DNA of 64,000 nt, from NCBI GenBank assembly GCA_963793865.1, contig CAWCBP010000014.1:64001-128000 (forward strand), read 5' to 3'. The notes under the pieces are model-generated. The model did not search any database. It was not told where the DNA came from and was given only the letters and a program-made list of their open reading frames with translations. This stretch comes from an uncultured delta proteobacterium. GTDB lineage: Bacteria; Desulfobacterota; WTBG01. Positions 18,477-27,312 of the stretch are shown in pieces. Made by a program: the position numbers and the translations under genes. Each line of letters starts with the position of its first letter. The stretch's first letter is position 1.

Positions 18477-18680
18477 ATGGCCTACCATATAACTGACAAC
18501 TGCCTCATATGCGGTACCTGCTGGGAGATTTGTCCGACAGATTCCATTGAGGAATACGACTGGTACTACAGGATAGCAGATACCTGCGTGGAGTGCGGCG
18601 CCTGCGCGCGGGTGTGCCCCAACCACGCGATCATCAAGGTGGATGACGAGAAAAAATCAAAAAATAAAAAATCAGCATAA
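18477..18680 (+). CDS. 2x[4Fe-4S] ferredoxin
   Basis: CLICGTCWEICP and CVECGACARVCP. Confidence 0.93.
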   Translation: MAYHITDNCLICGTCWEICPTDSIEEYDWYYRIADTCVECGACARVCPNHAIIKVDDEKKSKNKKSA

Positions 18681-18849
18681 TCCGTTAGATCGGTCCTATG
18701 CGGGGTGACACGCTCTGTCGTGTCCGATGCATCGACAGCCGCGACAGGGCGTTATTATCTTTCCTGAATTGTACGCATTCCGTCTTCTGTTGCTTGTGCA
18801 AACTTGATTTTTTCCTATCCTGAATCTGAACAATGCGCGGGGAGAGATC

Positions 18850-19269
18850 ATGAAATCCTACCGGAAGGAGCTGTGGTTTAATGTGCCCGCCAGGCGAGCC
18901 TTTATCAACATCACCCCGCAGGTGGAATCCTGTTTGAAGGAGAGCGGCGTGAGGGAGGGCCTCGCCCTGGTAAACGCCATGCACATTACTGCCTCGGTTT
19001 TCATAAACGATGACGAATCGGGACTGCACCACGATTATGAGGAATGGCTTGAGCAGCTTGCGCCCCACGAACCGGTCTCCCGCTACCGGCATAATCGCAC
19101 GGGAGAGGATAACGGCGATGCCCATCTCAAGCGCCAGGTCATGGGAAGGGAAGTGGTGGTGGCCGTCACCGAAGGCAGGCTTGACTTCGGCCCCTGGGAG
19201 CAGATTTTCTACGGTGAGTTTGACGGCAGGAGAAAAAAGCGGGTGCTGGTCAAAATCATCGGGGAGTGA
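18850..19269 (+). CDS. yjbQ: YjbQ/UPF0047 family protein
   Basis: [30 protein letters not shown]. Confidence 0.92.
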   Translation: MKSYRKELWFNVPARRAFINITPQVESCLKESGVREGLALVNAMHITASVFINDDESGLHHDYEEWLEQLAPHEPVSRYRHNRTGEDNGDAHLKRQVMGREVVVAVTEGRLDFGPWEQIFYGEFDGRRKKRVLVKIIGE

Positions 19270-19329
19270 GAGAACCGTTTTGTGCGCAAGGTCTGTTTCG
19301 GCAGCATGGCCGCACGCACGGAGGGAAGC

Positions 19330-20772
19330 ATGAAACCGGCATACACATTTTTTACCATCCTGGTCATAGCCTTCTTTTCATTTTCCTGCGCGACCAATCC
19401 GGTAACCGGCAGAACGGAGTTCATGCTCTTAAGCGAGCAGGATGAAATTGCCATGGGTCGGAGCACCGATCCCCAGGTCGTTCAAACCTACGGAATTTAC
19501 CAAAACGCGAGTTTAGGATCGTACATTGGAACGATGGGGAGAAACATGGGGCGCATTTCGCACCGGCCGCAGCTTACCTATGAGTTCAAAGTGATGGATT
19601 CCCCCGTGATCAATGCCTTTGCCGTTCCCGGCGGCTATGTCTACCTGACGCGAGGCATCCTGGCCTACTTGAACAGCGAAGCGGAAATGGCAGGGGTTAT
19701 AGGACATGAAATAGGGCATATTACCGCCCGCCATTCTGCGCAGCAGTACAGCAAGGTACAGATGGCCCAGCTGGGTCTGGGGCTGGGCTCCATTTTGTCA
19801 CCGACCTTCGCCGATTTTGCAGGTCTGGCCGCGCAGGGCATAGGGGTGCTCTTCTTAAAGTTCAGCCGTGATAATGAGCGGGAGGCCGATAGCCTCGGTG
19901 TGGAATATTCATCAAAAGTGGGCTATGATGCCCGTGAAATGACTCGTTTTTTCAACACCCTCAACAGCATGGAGGAAAACAAACAGGCGGGCCTTCCTGA
20001 TTTTCTCTCCACCCACCCCAACCCCGAAAACCGTGTTGGTGCCATAATGGCATCGGCACAGCAGTGGCAGACGCAGCTTAACCTCACCAATCCCAAAATC
20101 AACCGCAGCACCTATTTGAGCAAAATCGACGGGATTGTTTTCGGGGAGGATCCGAGGCAGGGCTTCGTGGAGAACAGCCGGTTTTATCATCCGCAACTGA
20201 AGTTCATGTTCCCTGTACCGGCGGGCTGGAAGCTTGAAAATCTGCCCGCGCAGGTCCAGATTATCTCCGGCGATGAGCAGGCGGCGATACTCTTTAACAT
20301 GGGTTCAGAGGCGACGCCCGCGGCGGAAGCGCGCAAATTCCTGACGGAAAGCAGGGCAGCAGTTGTTTCTCAGACAGAGACCAGCGTCAACGGCTTTAAA
20401 ACTCTTGTGCTCGCCAGCAATGTGGCCTCCCAGTCAGGCAAGCTCGCGGTGTTGTCTTATTTTATCAGCAAGGATTCTTCTGTTTTTGTTTTTCACGGAT
20501 TTACTGCGGAGGGAAATTTTACTGCCCGCCAGCGGGACTTTCAGCAAACCATGAACGGATTCCAGGCGCTCCGTGATGCCGGCAAGCTCTCTGTGCAGCC
20601 GGACCGGATCAAAGTCAGGACAGTTAACCGGCGCATGACGCTGCGCCAGGCGCTCAGGGAGATGGGCACGCCGGAGGCTGATTTGAAAAAGCTGGCGCTG
20701 ATTAACGGCAAGGCGCTGACCGATGAAGTGCCGGCCAACAGCCAGCTCAAGGTGATCGTAAAGGGGCGCTAG
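19330..20772 (+). CDS. M48-family zinc metalloprotease lipoprotein
   Basis: Lipobox-like FSC-ATNPVTG, NAFAVPGG, HEIGH, EREAD, STHP. Confidence 0.92.
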   Translation: MKPAYTFFTILVIAFFSFSCATNPVTGRTEFMLLSEQDEIAMGRSTDPQVVQTYGIYQNASLGSYIGTMGRNMGRISHRPQLTYEFKVMDSPVINAFAVPGGYVYLTRGILAYLNSEAEMAGVIGHEIGHITARHSAQQYSKVQMAQLGLGLGSILSPTFADFAGLAAQGIGVLFLKFSRDNEREADSLGVEYSSKVGYDAREMTRFFNTLNSMEENKQAGLPDFLSTHPNPENRVGAIMASAQQWQTQLNLTNPKINRSTYLSKIDGIVFGEDPRQGFVENSRFYHPQLKFMFPVPAGWKLENLPAQVQIISGDEQAAILFNMGSEATPAAEARKFLTESRAAVVSQTETSVNGFKTLVLASNVASQSGKLAVLSYFISKDSSVFVFHGFTAEGNFTARQRDFQQTMNGFQALRDAGKLSVQPDRIKVRTVNRRMTLRQALREMGTPEADLKKLALINGKALTDEVPANSQLKVIVKGR

Positions 20773-20821
20773 CCAGGATTGCAGGTCATCTCATTTTTTT
20801 AAATCGTGAAAGGAAGAAGCC

Positions 20822-21307
20822 ATGAAGACACGGAGCAATGTTCGGGAGCTGTCACGGGATGAAATTGATGCTTTCTTGAGGAGCCAGAGGGTTGGAACGC
20901 TTTCAATGAATGACGGGGTGAACTCATACGCGGTGCCGCTTGCCTATTTCTATGACGGCGAACAGATCTATTTAACCATTGGCGGCGAGGGCCGGAAAAT
21001 GGGCTATATAAAAAAGAACCGGAATGTTTGTTTTGTGGTGTGCTGGACCCCGGAAAATTTCGGGCTGCAGAACATGTCCTGGAAATCGGTGATCCTCGAC
21101 GGCATGATTGAGCATGTCACCGATCCCGATGGAATCAGGAAGGCGGTGCAAACGGGCGAAAAGCATCTGGGCATGCCTGGCGGATCCTGGGACAAGGTGC
21201 TTGAAATGACACTGAAAAAACCCGAGGCTTCAAATTTCTGGAAGATAAAGCCTACACAAGTTGGCGGAAAGGGCGTTGAGGGTTTTAAAGAGGAATTTAT
21301 TGAATAG
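20822..21307 (+). CDS. Pyridoxamine 5'-phosphate oxidase-like flavin-binding protein
   Basis: VGTLS, YAVPLAY, GRK..IKKNRNVCF, WKSVILDG. Confidence 0.85.
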   Translation: MKTRSNVRELSRDEIDAFLRSQRVGTLSMNDGVNSYAVPLAYFYDGEQIYLTIGGEGRKMGYIKKNRNVCFVVCWTPENFGLQNMSWKSVILDGMIEHVTDPDGIRKAVQTGEKHLGMPGGSWDKVLEMTLKKPEASNFWKIKPTQVGGKGVEGFKEEFIE

Positions 21308-21355
21308 GGGGCAAATAGTTTATTCGGATTCACAAACAAGAAAGGGGGGAAAGCC

Positions 21356-21808
21356 ATGGGAAAAAATCTATCGTTCAAAGTACTTCAACTATGTTTGGCA
21401 GTATTTTTGTTTTGTTGTCTGACGGGTTGCGGAGTGGATGTTTATGTTGATAATCAAACAATGGATAATATAAATATCAGATCAATTCATGTCATGAAGG
21501 GCGAGAAAGCAAAATTATGCACTATAGTACCCGGCAATACCAATGCTTATAATATACGAAGGAGTTACGGGGCTGTTGCATATCTTACAATAACCTGTCC
21601 GGAAGATCTCGACGTAAGCCTGATACAGCAGGATACCATTGTTATTACCGAACCACAGTTGAATGTTATGCAGGCAGGAGCTGGGGAGCTTATAGTCAGT
21701 ATCGAAAACCTGATGAGCCCCACGGGGGAATCTGGTGACATGCCAGTTGAAGACCTTTCAGAAGATGCTGAGGAGGAGCCTGCCGAAGACCTGATGAACG
21801 AATCATGA
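21356..21808 (+). CDS. Hypothetical lipoprotein with acidic tail
   Basis: Lipobox LTGC; E/D-rich C-terminus. Confidence 0.7.
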   Translation: MGKNLSFKVLQLCLAVFLFCCLTGCGVDVYVDNQTMDNINIRSIHVMKGEKAKLCTIVPGNTNAYNIRRSYGAVAYLTITCPEDLDVSLIQQDTIVITEPQLNVMQAGAGELIVSIENLMSPTGESGDMPVEDLSEDAEEEPAEDLMNES

Positions 21809-21929
21809 AACCGGCCTCGCTGAAACGGAGAGCACGTGCGGCTCAACGTGCTGAAACATATTTAACAGGTTAGAATTTACCGAAACCGGGGAGCACTAAC
21901 AAAGACAGTAACCATTACAGGAGGAGAAC

Positions 21930-22457
21930 ATGCCAGGCATAGAATTCGATTTTGCAGAACAATCAGCAAATCTGGAACCGGCGGTGCGGATGCTGTATCA
22001 GACCTATACCGATGTTCTTCCCTATCCGCATAAATTCAACGATGCGCTCCTGAAAGCCCACCTCCAGGGACTTGATTTTGCCATCAAGCATAACCTGTGG
22101 AAGGAAAAGGTGGAGCATGAGGCTTACATCCTGGGCCCTATTCTGGAAATGATCGGCGGCTGGGTGCAGGAGCAGGGCCCGGAAAAGGGATTGTGGGGCA
22201 TCTTTGAGGCAAACTCATGCCACTATCAGCAGTTTGAAAAGATTGAGGTGCGGCCCGGAGAGCGCCTGCTGCAGTGCCCCTACAAGGAAATGCTGGAAAT
22301 CGTGGGCTCTCTGGGAACGTTCAGTATTACCTGGGAGGATGTTCATCACAAGTGGTGCATACCCCTGTGGAAGGAATTTGCCAAAAAGGTGGGCATAGAA
22401 ATCGAAGTTACTCCCGGTGAGACCTGCAGGGTGGCATTGAAGAATATGGTGATGTGA
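21930..22457 (+). CDS. Hypothetical protein, ATC-hydrolase/V4R-like Cys pattern
   Basis: Strong AGGAGG RBS; CH, CPY, WC and GETC motifs. Confidence 0.6.
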   Translation: MPGIEFDFAEQSANLEPAVRMLYQTYTDVLPYPHKFNDALLKAHLQGLDFAIKHNLWKEKVEHEAYILGPILEMIGGWVQEQGPEKGLWGIFEANSCHYQQFEKIEVRPGERLLQCPYKEMLEIVGSLGTFSITWEDVHHKWCIPLWKEFAKKVGIEIEVTPGETCRVALKNMVM

Positions 22458-22518
22458 GATCTGTGATATGGGATGAAAAATTGTTTTGGCTCCCATCACA
22501 AATCGCATATCCCAAATC
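22451..22518. repeat. Inverted arrays of 7-bp tandem repeats
   Basis: gatgtga gatctgt gatatgg gat... facing acaaatc gcatatc ccaaatc. Confidence 0.7.
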
Positions 22519-22559
22519 TAGAGCATTTCGTGCTTCGAATTTATCCTGGGAGGTCTTGG

Positions 22560-22709
22560 ATGGTACGGCCGAGCCCGAAAGATTTTTTGGCAAATCTTCG
22601 CATCAGAATGCCCTGGGGCGACAAGATACGCCTCATCATACGGAACAATTTCATCAAGATTAAAACGCGGCAGAACTGCTGCGGCCACCCCGGCGAACCG
22701 GGCTGCTGA
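22560..22709 (+). CDS. Small 49-aa protein ending CCGHPGEPGC
   Basis: GGGAGG RBS then ATG; MVRPSPKDFLANLRIRMPWGDKIRLIIRNNFIKIKTRQNCCGHPGEPGC. Confidence 0.65.
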   Translation: MVRPSPKDFLANLRIRMPWGDKIRLIIRNNFIKIKTRQNCCGHPGEPGC

Positions 22710-22761
22710 ACATCAAAGCCCAAAAGTCCCGGTGGGACGAAGTGAAGAGTATGTGAATATT

Positions 22762-23013
22762 TCAGACAAGGGGAGCATATACCGCTGGATCGATGACCAC
22801 ATCTGGCATTTCAGCGGGGAAGGCATCCATGTATGTCTGCGTTAACGCGTCTCTTTCTGCGGCAGCAGTGTAAGCAAGCGTCCTGTATAGGCCGCCTACC
22901 AGGAAGAGGGTGAGCCCAATCGCCACAAGCAGTCTGAATAGCAGCATCGTGATGTGCGCATAATCTACATGGTCCCTCAGATACTCAATTGGATGAATGG
23001 ATAACGTTGTCAT
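22762..23013 (-). CDS. Small hypothetical membrane protein
   Basis: GGGAGG RBS; one hydrophobic helix. Confidence 0.55.
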   Translation of the reverse strand: MTTLSIHPIEYLRDHVDYAHITMLLFRLLVAIGLTLFLVGGLYRTLAYTAAAERDALTQTYMDAFPAEMPDVVIDPAVYAPLV

Positions 23014-23153
23014 TGTGCTTCCTCCCTTCACATGATGCTGCTTTTAACGGCTTGCCTCCCTGTTTCCTTGATTTTACATTACGGCCGATCCCGATGAAAT
23101 TCAATCGGGGAATCCCTGTTTTTCGGCTTCGAATAACCTGATTTTTGCCAACG

Positions 23154-23188
23154 AAAAAGCCCCTTAACCTGCCGGTGGTCAAGGAGCT
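23154..23188 (-). terminator. Rho-independent terminator
   Basis: Minus strand agctccttgacc...ggttaaggggct followed by a T run. Confidence 0.65.
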
Positions 23189-23264
23189 ATTGCATGTGGT
23201 ACAGATTTCCCTGTGTATTCTGCTATCCTTGCATTTTTTTGAGGACCTTTTATTATCCCTTTGC

Positions 23265-23888
23265 TTAGGGTTCATGCCTGGTGAGGGTCATGGTGAATGT
23301 CACCTTATTGGGAACGTGCATGAATGTTTTTACCAATCCGATATTCGGCGCCACATATGATATTCCTTCACTCTGTGCGCCTTTCCAATCACCCTCTTCA
23401 TATATCGTCCTGTAGGAAAATTTATAGCAATTTTCATACGTTTTGCCGTGCAAAGACAGCGTTTCCTTTCCCGCCATAGTGGCTTCGGTGGTTGTCCGAA
23501 CCGGCACATATGATGTATAGGTGTACGTTTGCCCAGCCTTATAGATTAAGGGCATGACAAGCTGCTCCGGCTTATCTTTGTGTTGGGCGGTTATGCCGAA
23601 CAAACCCTCGTTCGCTTTTCTATCGTAGCTTACCAGTTGTTCTGAACCCCCATCCTTGGAAGAATACCGCTTCAGGTATTTCTTTCCGTTTACTATTTCC
23701 TCGCCGTCATATCGGGTTGTCACACTTCCCTGCCTGCAGTTGCCTTCTATGCATGTTTCGGTAATGTATTCCCATTTCATGCCGTCAGCACAGGGAAGAT
23801 AATCCTCCCCCCTCTGTTGAATGCATGCCGGCCAAGAGAAGAAGATGGCTAAAAGAAACAGAGTCAGCAATGGACATGCTTTTTTCAT
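23265..23888 (-). CDS. Hypothetical beta-rich exported/lipoprotein
   Basis: Signal peptide; YLP..GMKWEY, ETL....YENC, YVAPNIGLVK pattern. Confidence 0.7.
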   Translation of the reverse strand: MKKACPLLTLFLLAIFFSWPACIQQRGEDYLPCADGMKWEYITETCIEGNCRQGSVTTRYDGEEIVNGKKYLKRYSSKDGGSEQLVSYDRKANEGLFGITAQHKDKPEQLVMPLIYKAGQTYTYTSYVPVRTTTEATMAGKETLSLHGKTYENCYKFSYRTIYEEGDWKGAQSEGISYVAPNIGLVKTFMHVPNKVTFTMTLTRHEP

Positions 23889-24056
23889 ATGACCCTTTAA
23901 GCGGTTCGCAATACCCGGCACAAGAAAGCAAACAACCCTCTGTATGCCAACCGGTATGTCAGGCAGATAATCGCATGAACCACGGTTGTTAATGGCCAAT
24001 CAACTTCACAATTGCTTAAATAATATATCTTGACCTTGTGTGGAAATGCGAAGTCT

Positions 24057-25163
24057 TCACGTCCGGGCATGGGGTGATAGCAGGCAGAAACTCTGGGGAC
24101 GCAGATGGATATAGGTTTCTTGCCCCTCGGTCAGTTCAAAACCCTTGCCGATTCTATAATGCACAGTGGCATCAAGTGTAGTTGTTTTTGCCTCTGAAAA
24201 AGCAAGCCGGACCAGTCGCCTGCTTCCGAGGTTATACAGCGCTTCAACCCGGACACGATAAGCATTGTGCCGCAGTTCCGGTTTCATGGGTTTGGCGGGT
24301 GAAACAAAAACAATTTCCTCGGGCCTTATTCCGAGCTTGATTCGGTCGCCGACCTGAAGCGGTTTGTTGTTCATCACTTCAAAGGTAATGTCACCTGCGG
24401 CACAGATAATGCTCGATCGCTGATGATCAACAGAGATAACCTGTGCTTCAAAAATATTCTGCATGAGCAGGAAGCTTGCCACCGTCTCATTGGACGGTGC
24501 ATGGTAGCATTTTTCAGGGCGATCATGCTGCTCAATGGAACCATTTATCATGACCGCCACATTGTCTGCCATAAGAAAGGCTTCCTCCTGGTCATGGGTA
24601 ATATGGAAAATAGTCATGCCGATGGCTTTCTGCAGCCGCTTGAGCTGAAACTGGACTTCGCGCCTGTTCAGGGAATCCAGCGCTGAAAAGGGTTCGTCCA
24701 GGAAAAGAACGCGCGGCTTGGTTATGATGGCCCGGGCGAATGCCACGCGCTGTTTTTCCCCGCCACTGAGGGTGCTTATCGTCGGCCGGGAAATGATGGG
24801 GCTCAAATTTAAGTGATCAGTGAGATACGAGAGGCGTTTTTCAATGGTTTGATGGTCAATGCGCCGGATGCGGGCGCCAAAAAGGATGTTCTCAAGAGGA
24901 CTCATATGGGGGAACAGCCCGAGATCCTGGGGTACATAGGCTATGTCACGACTCTCCAGCGGCATGCAGGTGATATCGTGACCGTCAAGCAATATCCTGC
25001 CGGCATCCGGCTTTTTGATGCCGAGTATCGTTTCCAGCAACAGCGATTTGCCGGCACCGGTTGGCCCCAGCAGCATAAAAAATTCGCCCTGCTTGATGGT
25101 CAGGGTAATATTCCTGAGCCGGAATGAGCCGAATCGCGCTGACAGGTTTTCAATTTTGATCAT
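24057..25163 (-). CDS. modC: Molybdate/tungstate ABC transporter ATPase with TOBE domain
   Basis: GPTGAGKS, LSGGEKQR, LDEPFS; operon context. Confidence 0.8.
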   Translation of the reverse strand: MIKIENLSARFGSFRLRNITLTIKQGEFFMLLGPTGAGKSLLLETILGIKKPDAGRILLDGHDITCMPLESRDIAYVPQDLGLFPHMSPLENILFGARIRRIDHQTIEKRLSYLTDHLNLSPIISRPTISTLSGGEKQRVAFARAIITKPRVLFLDEPFSALDSLNRREVQFQLKRLQKAIGMTIFHITHDQEEAFLMADNVAVMINGSIEQHDRPEKCYHAPSNETVASFLLMQNIFEAQVISVDHQRSSIICAAGDITFEVMNNKPLQVGDRIKLGIRPEEIVFVSPAKPMKPELRHNAYRVRVEALYNLGSRRLVRLAFSEAKTTTLDATVHYRIGKGFELTEGQETYIHLRPQSFCLLSPHART

Positions 25164-25954
25164 GTTCTGCGCGGGCCTCCCCCGGCGGCAATAAACCTTA
25201 CTGCCAGCAATACAGATACTGCCAGAAGCGTGGTGAGCAGCATCAGCGCCACCGCTTTATCAATATTAACCGAGGCCATGTTCAAATAAATGCTTACGGG
25301 CATGGTTTCTGTTTTGCCCTTGATGGCCCCGGCCATGGTCACCGCTGCTCCAAAATCCCCGAGGCACCGTGCCCAGGAAAGAATGAAAGCCGCCAGCACA
25401 CCTCTGCGGGCAATGGGCAGGGTGATTTTTCTGAACGACTGCCAGGGCGTGCATCCCAGAAACCGTGCAACCTGCTCACAGCGCACATCCACCGCCTCGA
25501 AGCTTGCCTTGAGCACTCGCACTGAAAGCGCCAGGGCAAGAAAAAACTGGGCCAGGATGATGCCCTGCACCTCAAAGACAAATTCCATAAGATTGGATTC
25601 GATCCAATGGCCGGCAGGAGTCCTGAAAAAGAGCAGCAGCGCCGTTCCCAGGGCCAGGGGCGACATGATGATTGGGACATCGAGAAGCGCATCCAGCAAT
25701 CCCTTGCCCGGCAGGTTGGCGCGCGCAAGAAAATAGGCGGCGGGTATTGCCAGAGCGAGACCAAGAACAGCCGCGGCAGTCGCCGTATAAAGACTCAACA
25801 TGATTGCGCTGCGCACATCGGGCTGACCAAGCTGCAGCAGCGGGTGTGCCGGGCCGATATAATAAAGCTGGGAGGCCAGAATCACCATCACCAGGGCCGC
25901 AGCCAGACTAACAGCGATAATGACGCAGATGGTAAAAGGGTTTTTTATCGCCAC
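25160..25954 (-). CDS. modB: Molybdate/tungstate ABC permease
   Basis: DVPIIMSP, EQVARFLG (EAA loop), WARCLGDFGA. Confidence 0.85.
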   Translation of the reverse strand: MAIKNPFTICVIIAVSLAAALVMVILASQLYYIGPAHPLLQLGQPDVRSAIMLSLYTATAAAVLGLALAIPAAYFLARANLPGKGLLDALLDVPIIMSPLALGTALLLFFRTPAGHWIESNLMEFVFEVQGIILAQFFLALALSVRVLKASFEAVDVRCEQVARFLGCTPWQSFRKITLPIARRGVLAAFILSWARCLGDFGAAVTMAGAIKGKTETMPVSIYLNMASVNIDKAVALMLLTTLLAVSVLLAVRFIAAGGGPRRT

Positions 25955-26811
25955 CGCTCAGGTATCTCCCACACGCCACCAACCGGAGTTGAAGGCAAAA
26001 CATATTTTTTCGCTTCGCTTTCAGTGACCAGATACCCCCATTTCTTCAATATTGTCCTGCCTGCGTCAGATTTGAGGAACGCTATAAACTGCCGTGCCGC
26101 ATCCGGGTTCCTGCAGACGCTGCTCAGGGCAATAGGGATGTAGCCGATACGGGGGATTTCCTGCGGCTTGAGCATAATTGTCTCGATCTTATCGGGATTC
26201 CAGTTTGAAAAAACGCTCCAGCCAAGAACGGCATCCACCATGCCCAATGCCGCCAGCTGGGCCACTCTTTCGCAGGACTCTGCATGTACCTTAATGTTGG
26301 GCTTCACCAGTTCGGCCATGCCATTTTTCTCCAGAACTTCAACTGCATACAGACCGACGCAGACCGTGTCAGGGCGCGCAATCCCCACGCGCAATCCGGG
26401 TCTTGCAAGATCCTTGAGAGACAGTATCGCCGCAGGGTTTCCCTTGGGCACATTAATTGAGGGGATCACGTAGACAAGCCGCTCTTCAGTCTGTGACTGA
26501 ACCAGACCCTCTTTTTTTGCAAGCTCCATAAAATCCGACGAGCCGGGGAAATAGATGTCGCCCTTTCGGGACAACTTCATGTCCGCAAGCATTTTTCCGG
26601 ACCCGCCGAAGTGCAACAGCACGCGGATACCGGTTTTTTGCTCGAAGACTTGTGCCGCTTCCTCCGTAGCGGGCTTGGAAGCGGCACCTGCAAAGACCTC
26701 GATCACTTTCTGTTCATCAGCGGCGCGGGAGTTGGGAAGGTACCATTGCACGGCACAAAGCACTGATACCATACAAAAGACTGCCGGCCTCAAATGGATT
26801 CTATACCGCAT
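25945..26811 (-). CDS. modA: Molybdate ABC substrate-binding protein
   Basis: FAGAAS, FGGSGK, DIYFPGS, VPKGNP..I.SLKDL. Confidence 0.87.
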   Translation of the reverse strand: MRYRIHLRPAVFCMVSVLCAVQWYLPNSRAADEQKVIEVFAGAASKPATEEAAQVFEQKTGIRVLLHFGGSGKMLADMKLSRKGDIYFPGSSDFMELAKKEGLVQSQTEERLVYVIPSINVPKGNPAAILSLKDLARPGLRVGIARPDTVCVGLYAVEVLEKNGMAELVKPNIKVHAESCERVAQLAALGMVDAVLGWSVFSNWNPDKIETIMLKPQEIPRIGYIPIALSSVCRNPDAARQFIAFLKSDAGRTILKKWGYLVTESEAKKYVLPSTPVGGVWEIPERWR

Positions 26812-26999
26812 AGAATTCTCCTATATATATGCGCAAATGTATTAAAAAAAACTATGGGAATCAAGCATTAAATATGGGGTGAAAAGGGTTGGGCGACTTT
26901 TTAGAAACCATTCCAATAAGCTTTTAGTCAAAAATGGGACAAAAACAAGCCATGGAAAATAAAAAGCACGAACACAATCGTGTCAGTGCTTGAATTCCC

Positions 27000-27076
27000 T
27001 GGTACGCCCGGGGCGATTCGAACGCCCGACCTGCGGATTCGAAGTCCGACGCTCTGTCCAGCTGAGCTACGGGCGC
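27000..27076 (-). tRNA. tRNA-Arg(UCG)
   Basis: Cloverleaf, anticodon loop CT-TCG-AA, GTTCGAAT, CCA end. Confidence 0.93.
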
Positions 27077-27077
27077 G

Positions 27078-27155
27078 TGGGGTGAGTGAAGGGGCTCGAA
27101 CCCTCAGCCTCTGGGGCCACAACCCAGTGCTCTAACCAATTGAGCTACACCCACC
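27078..27155 (-). tRNA. tRNA-His(GUG) with encoded G-1
   Basis: Anticodon loop TT-GTG-GC, G-1:C73 pair, CCA end. Confidence 0.93.
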
Positions 27156-27312
27156 ACATCTTTTGTCATCGCATCTAATGACTCTTAAATATCATACACC
27201 TCCCGGGTTAGCAACTGTTATTTTCCGCTCAACAAGTCAGGGTAGTCGCAGGCTTAAGCCTGCGCTAACAGCAATCAGACCGTGCAGAAAAAGCGCAAGC
27301 TGAAGCTTGCGG

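Noticed and set aside
22705..22745. Hammerhead ribozyme (ctga...gtccc-gggac-gaag)
   Set aside because: The core CUGANGA and GAAA motifs are not matched, and stems I and III were not found.
23032..23260. Riboswitch upstream of the small membrane protein gene
   Set aside because: The hairpins are explained by a terminator and a REP-like repeat; no aptamer consensus was recognised.
26812..26860. ModE/TunR-type operator upstream of modA
   Set aside because: Only a TATATA half-site is visible; no convincing palindrome.
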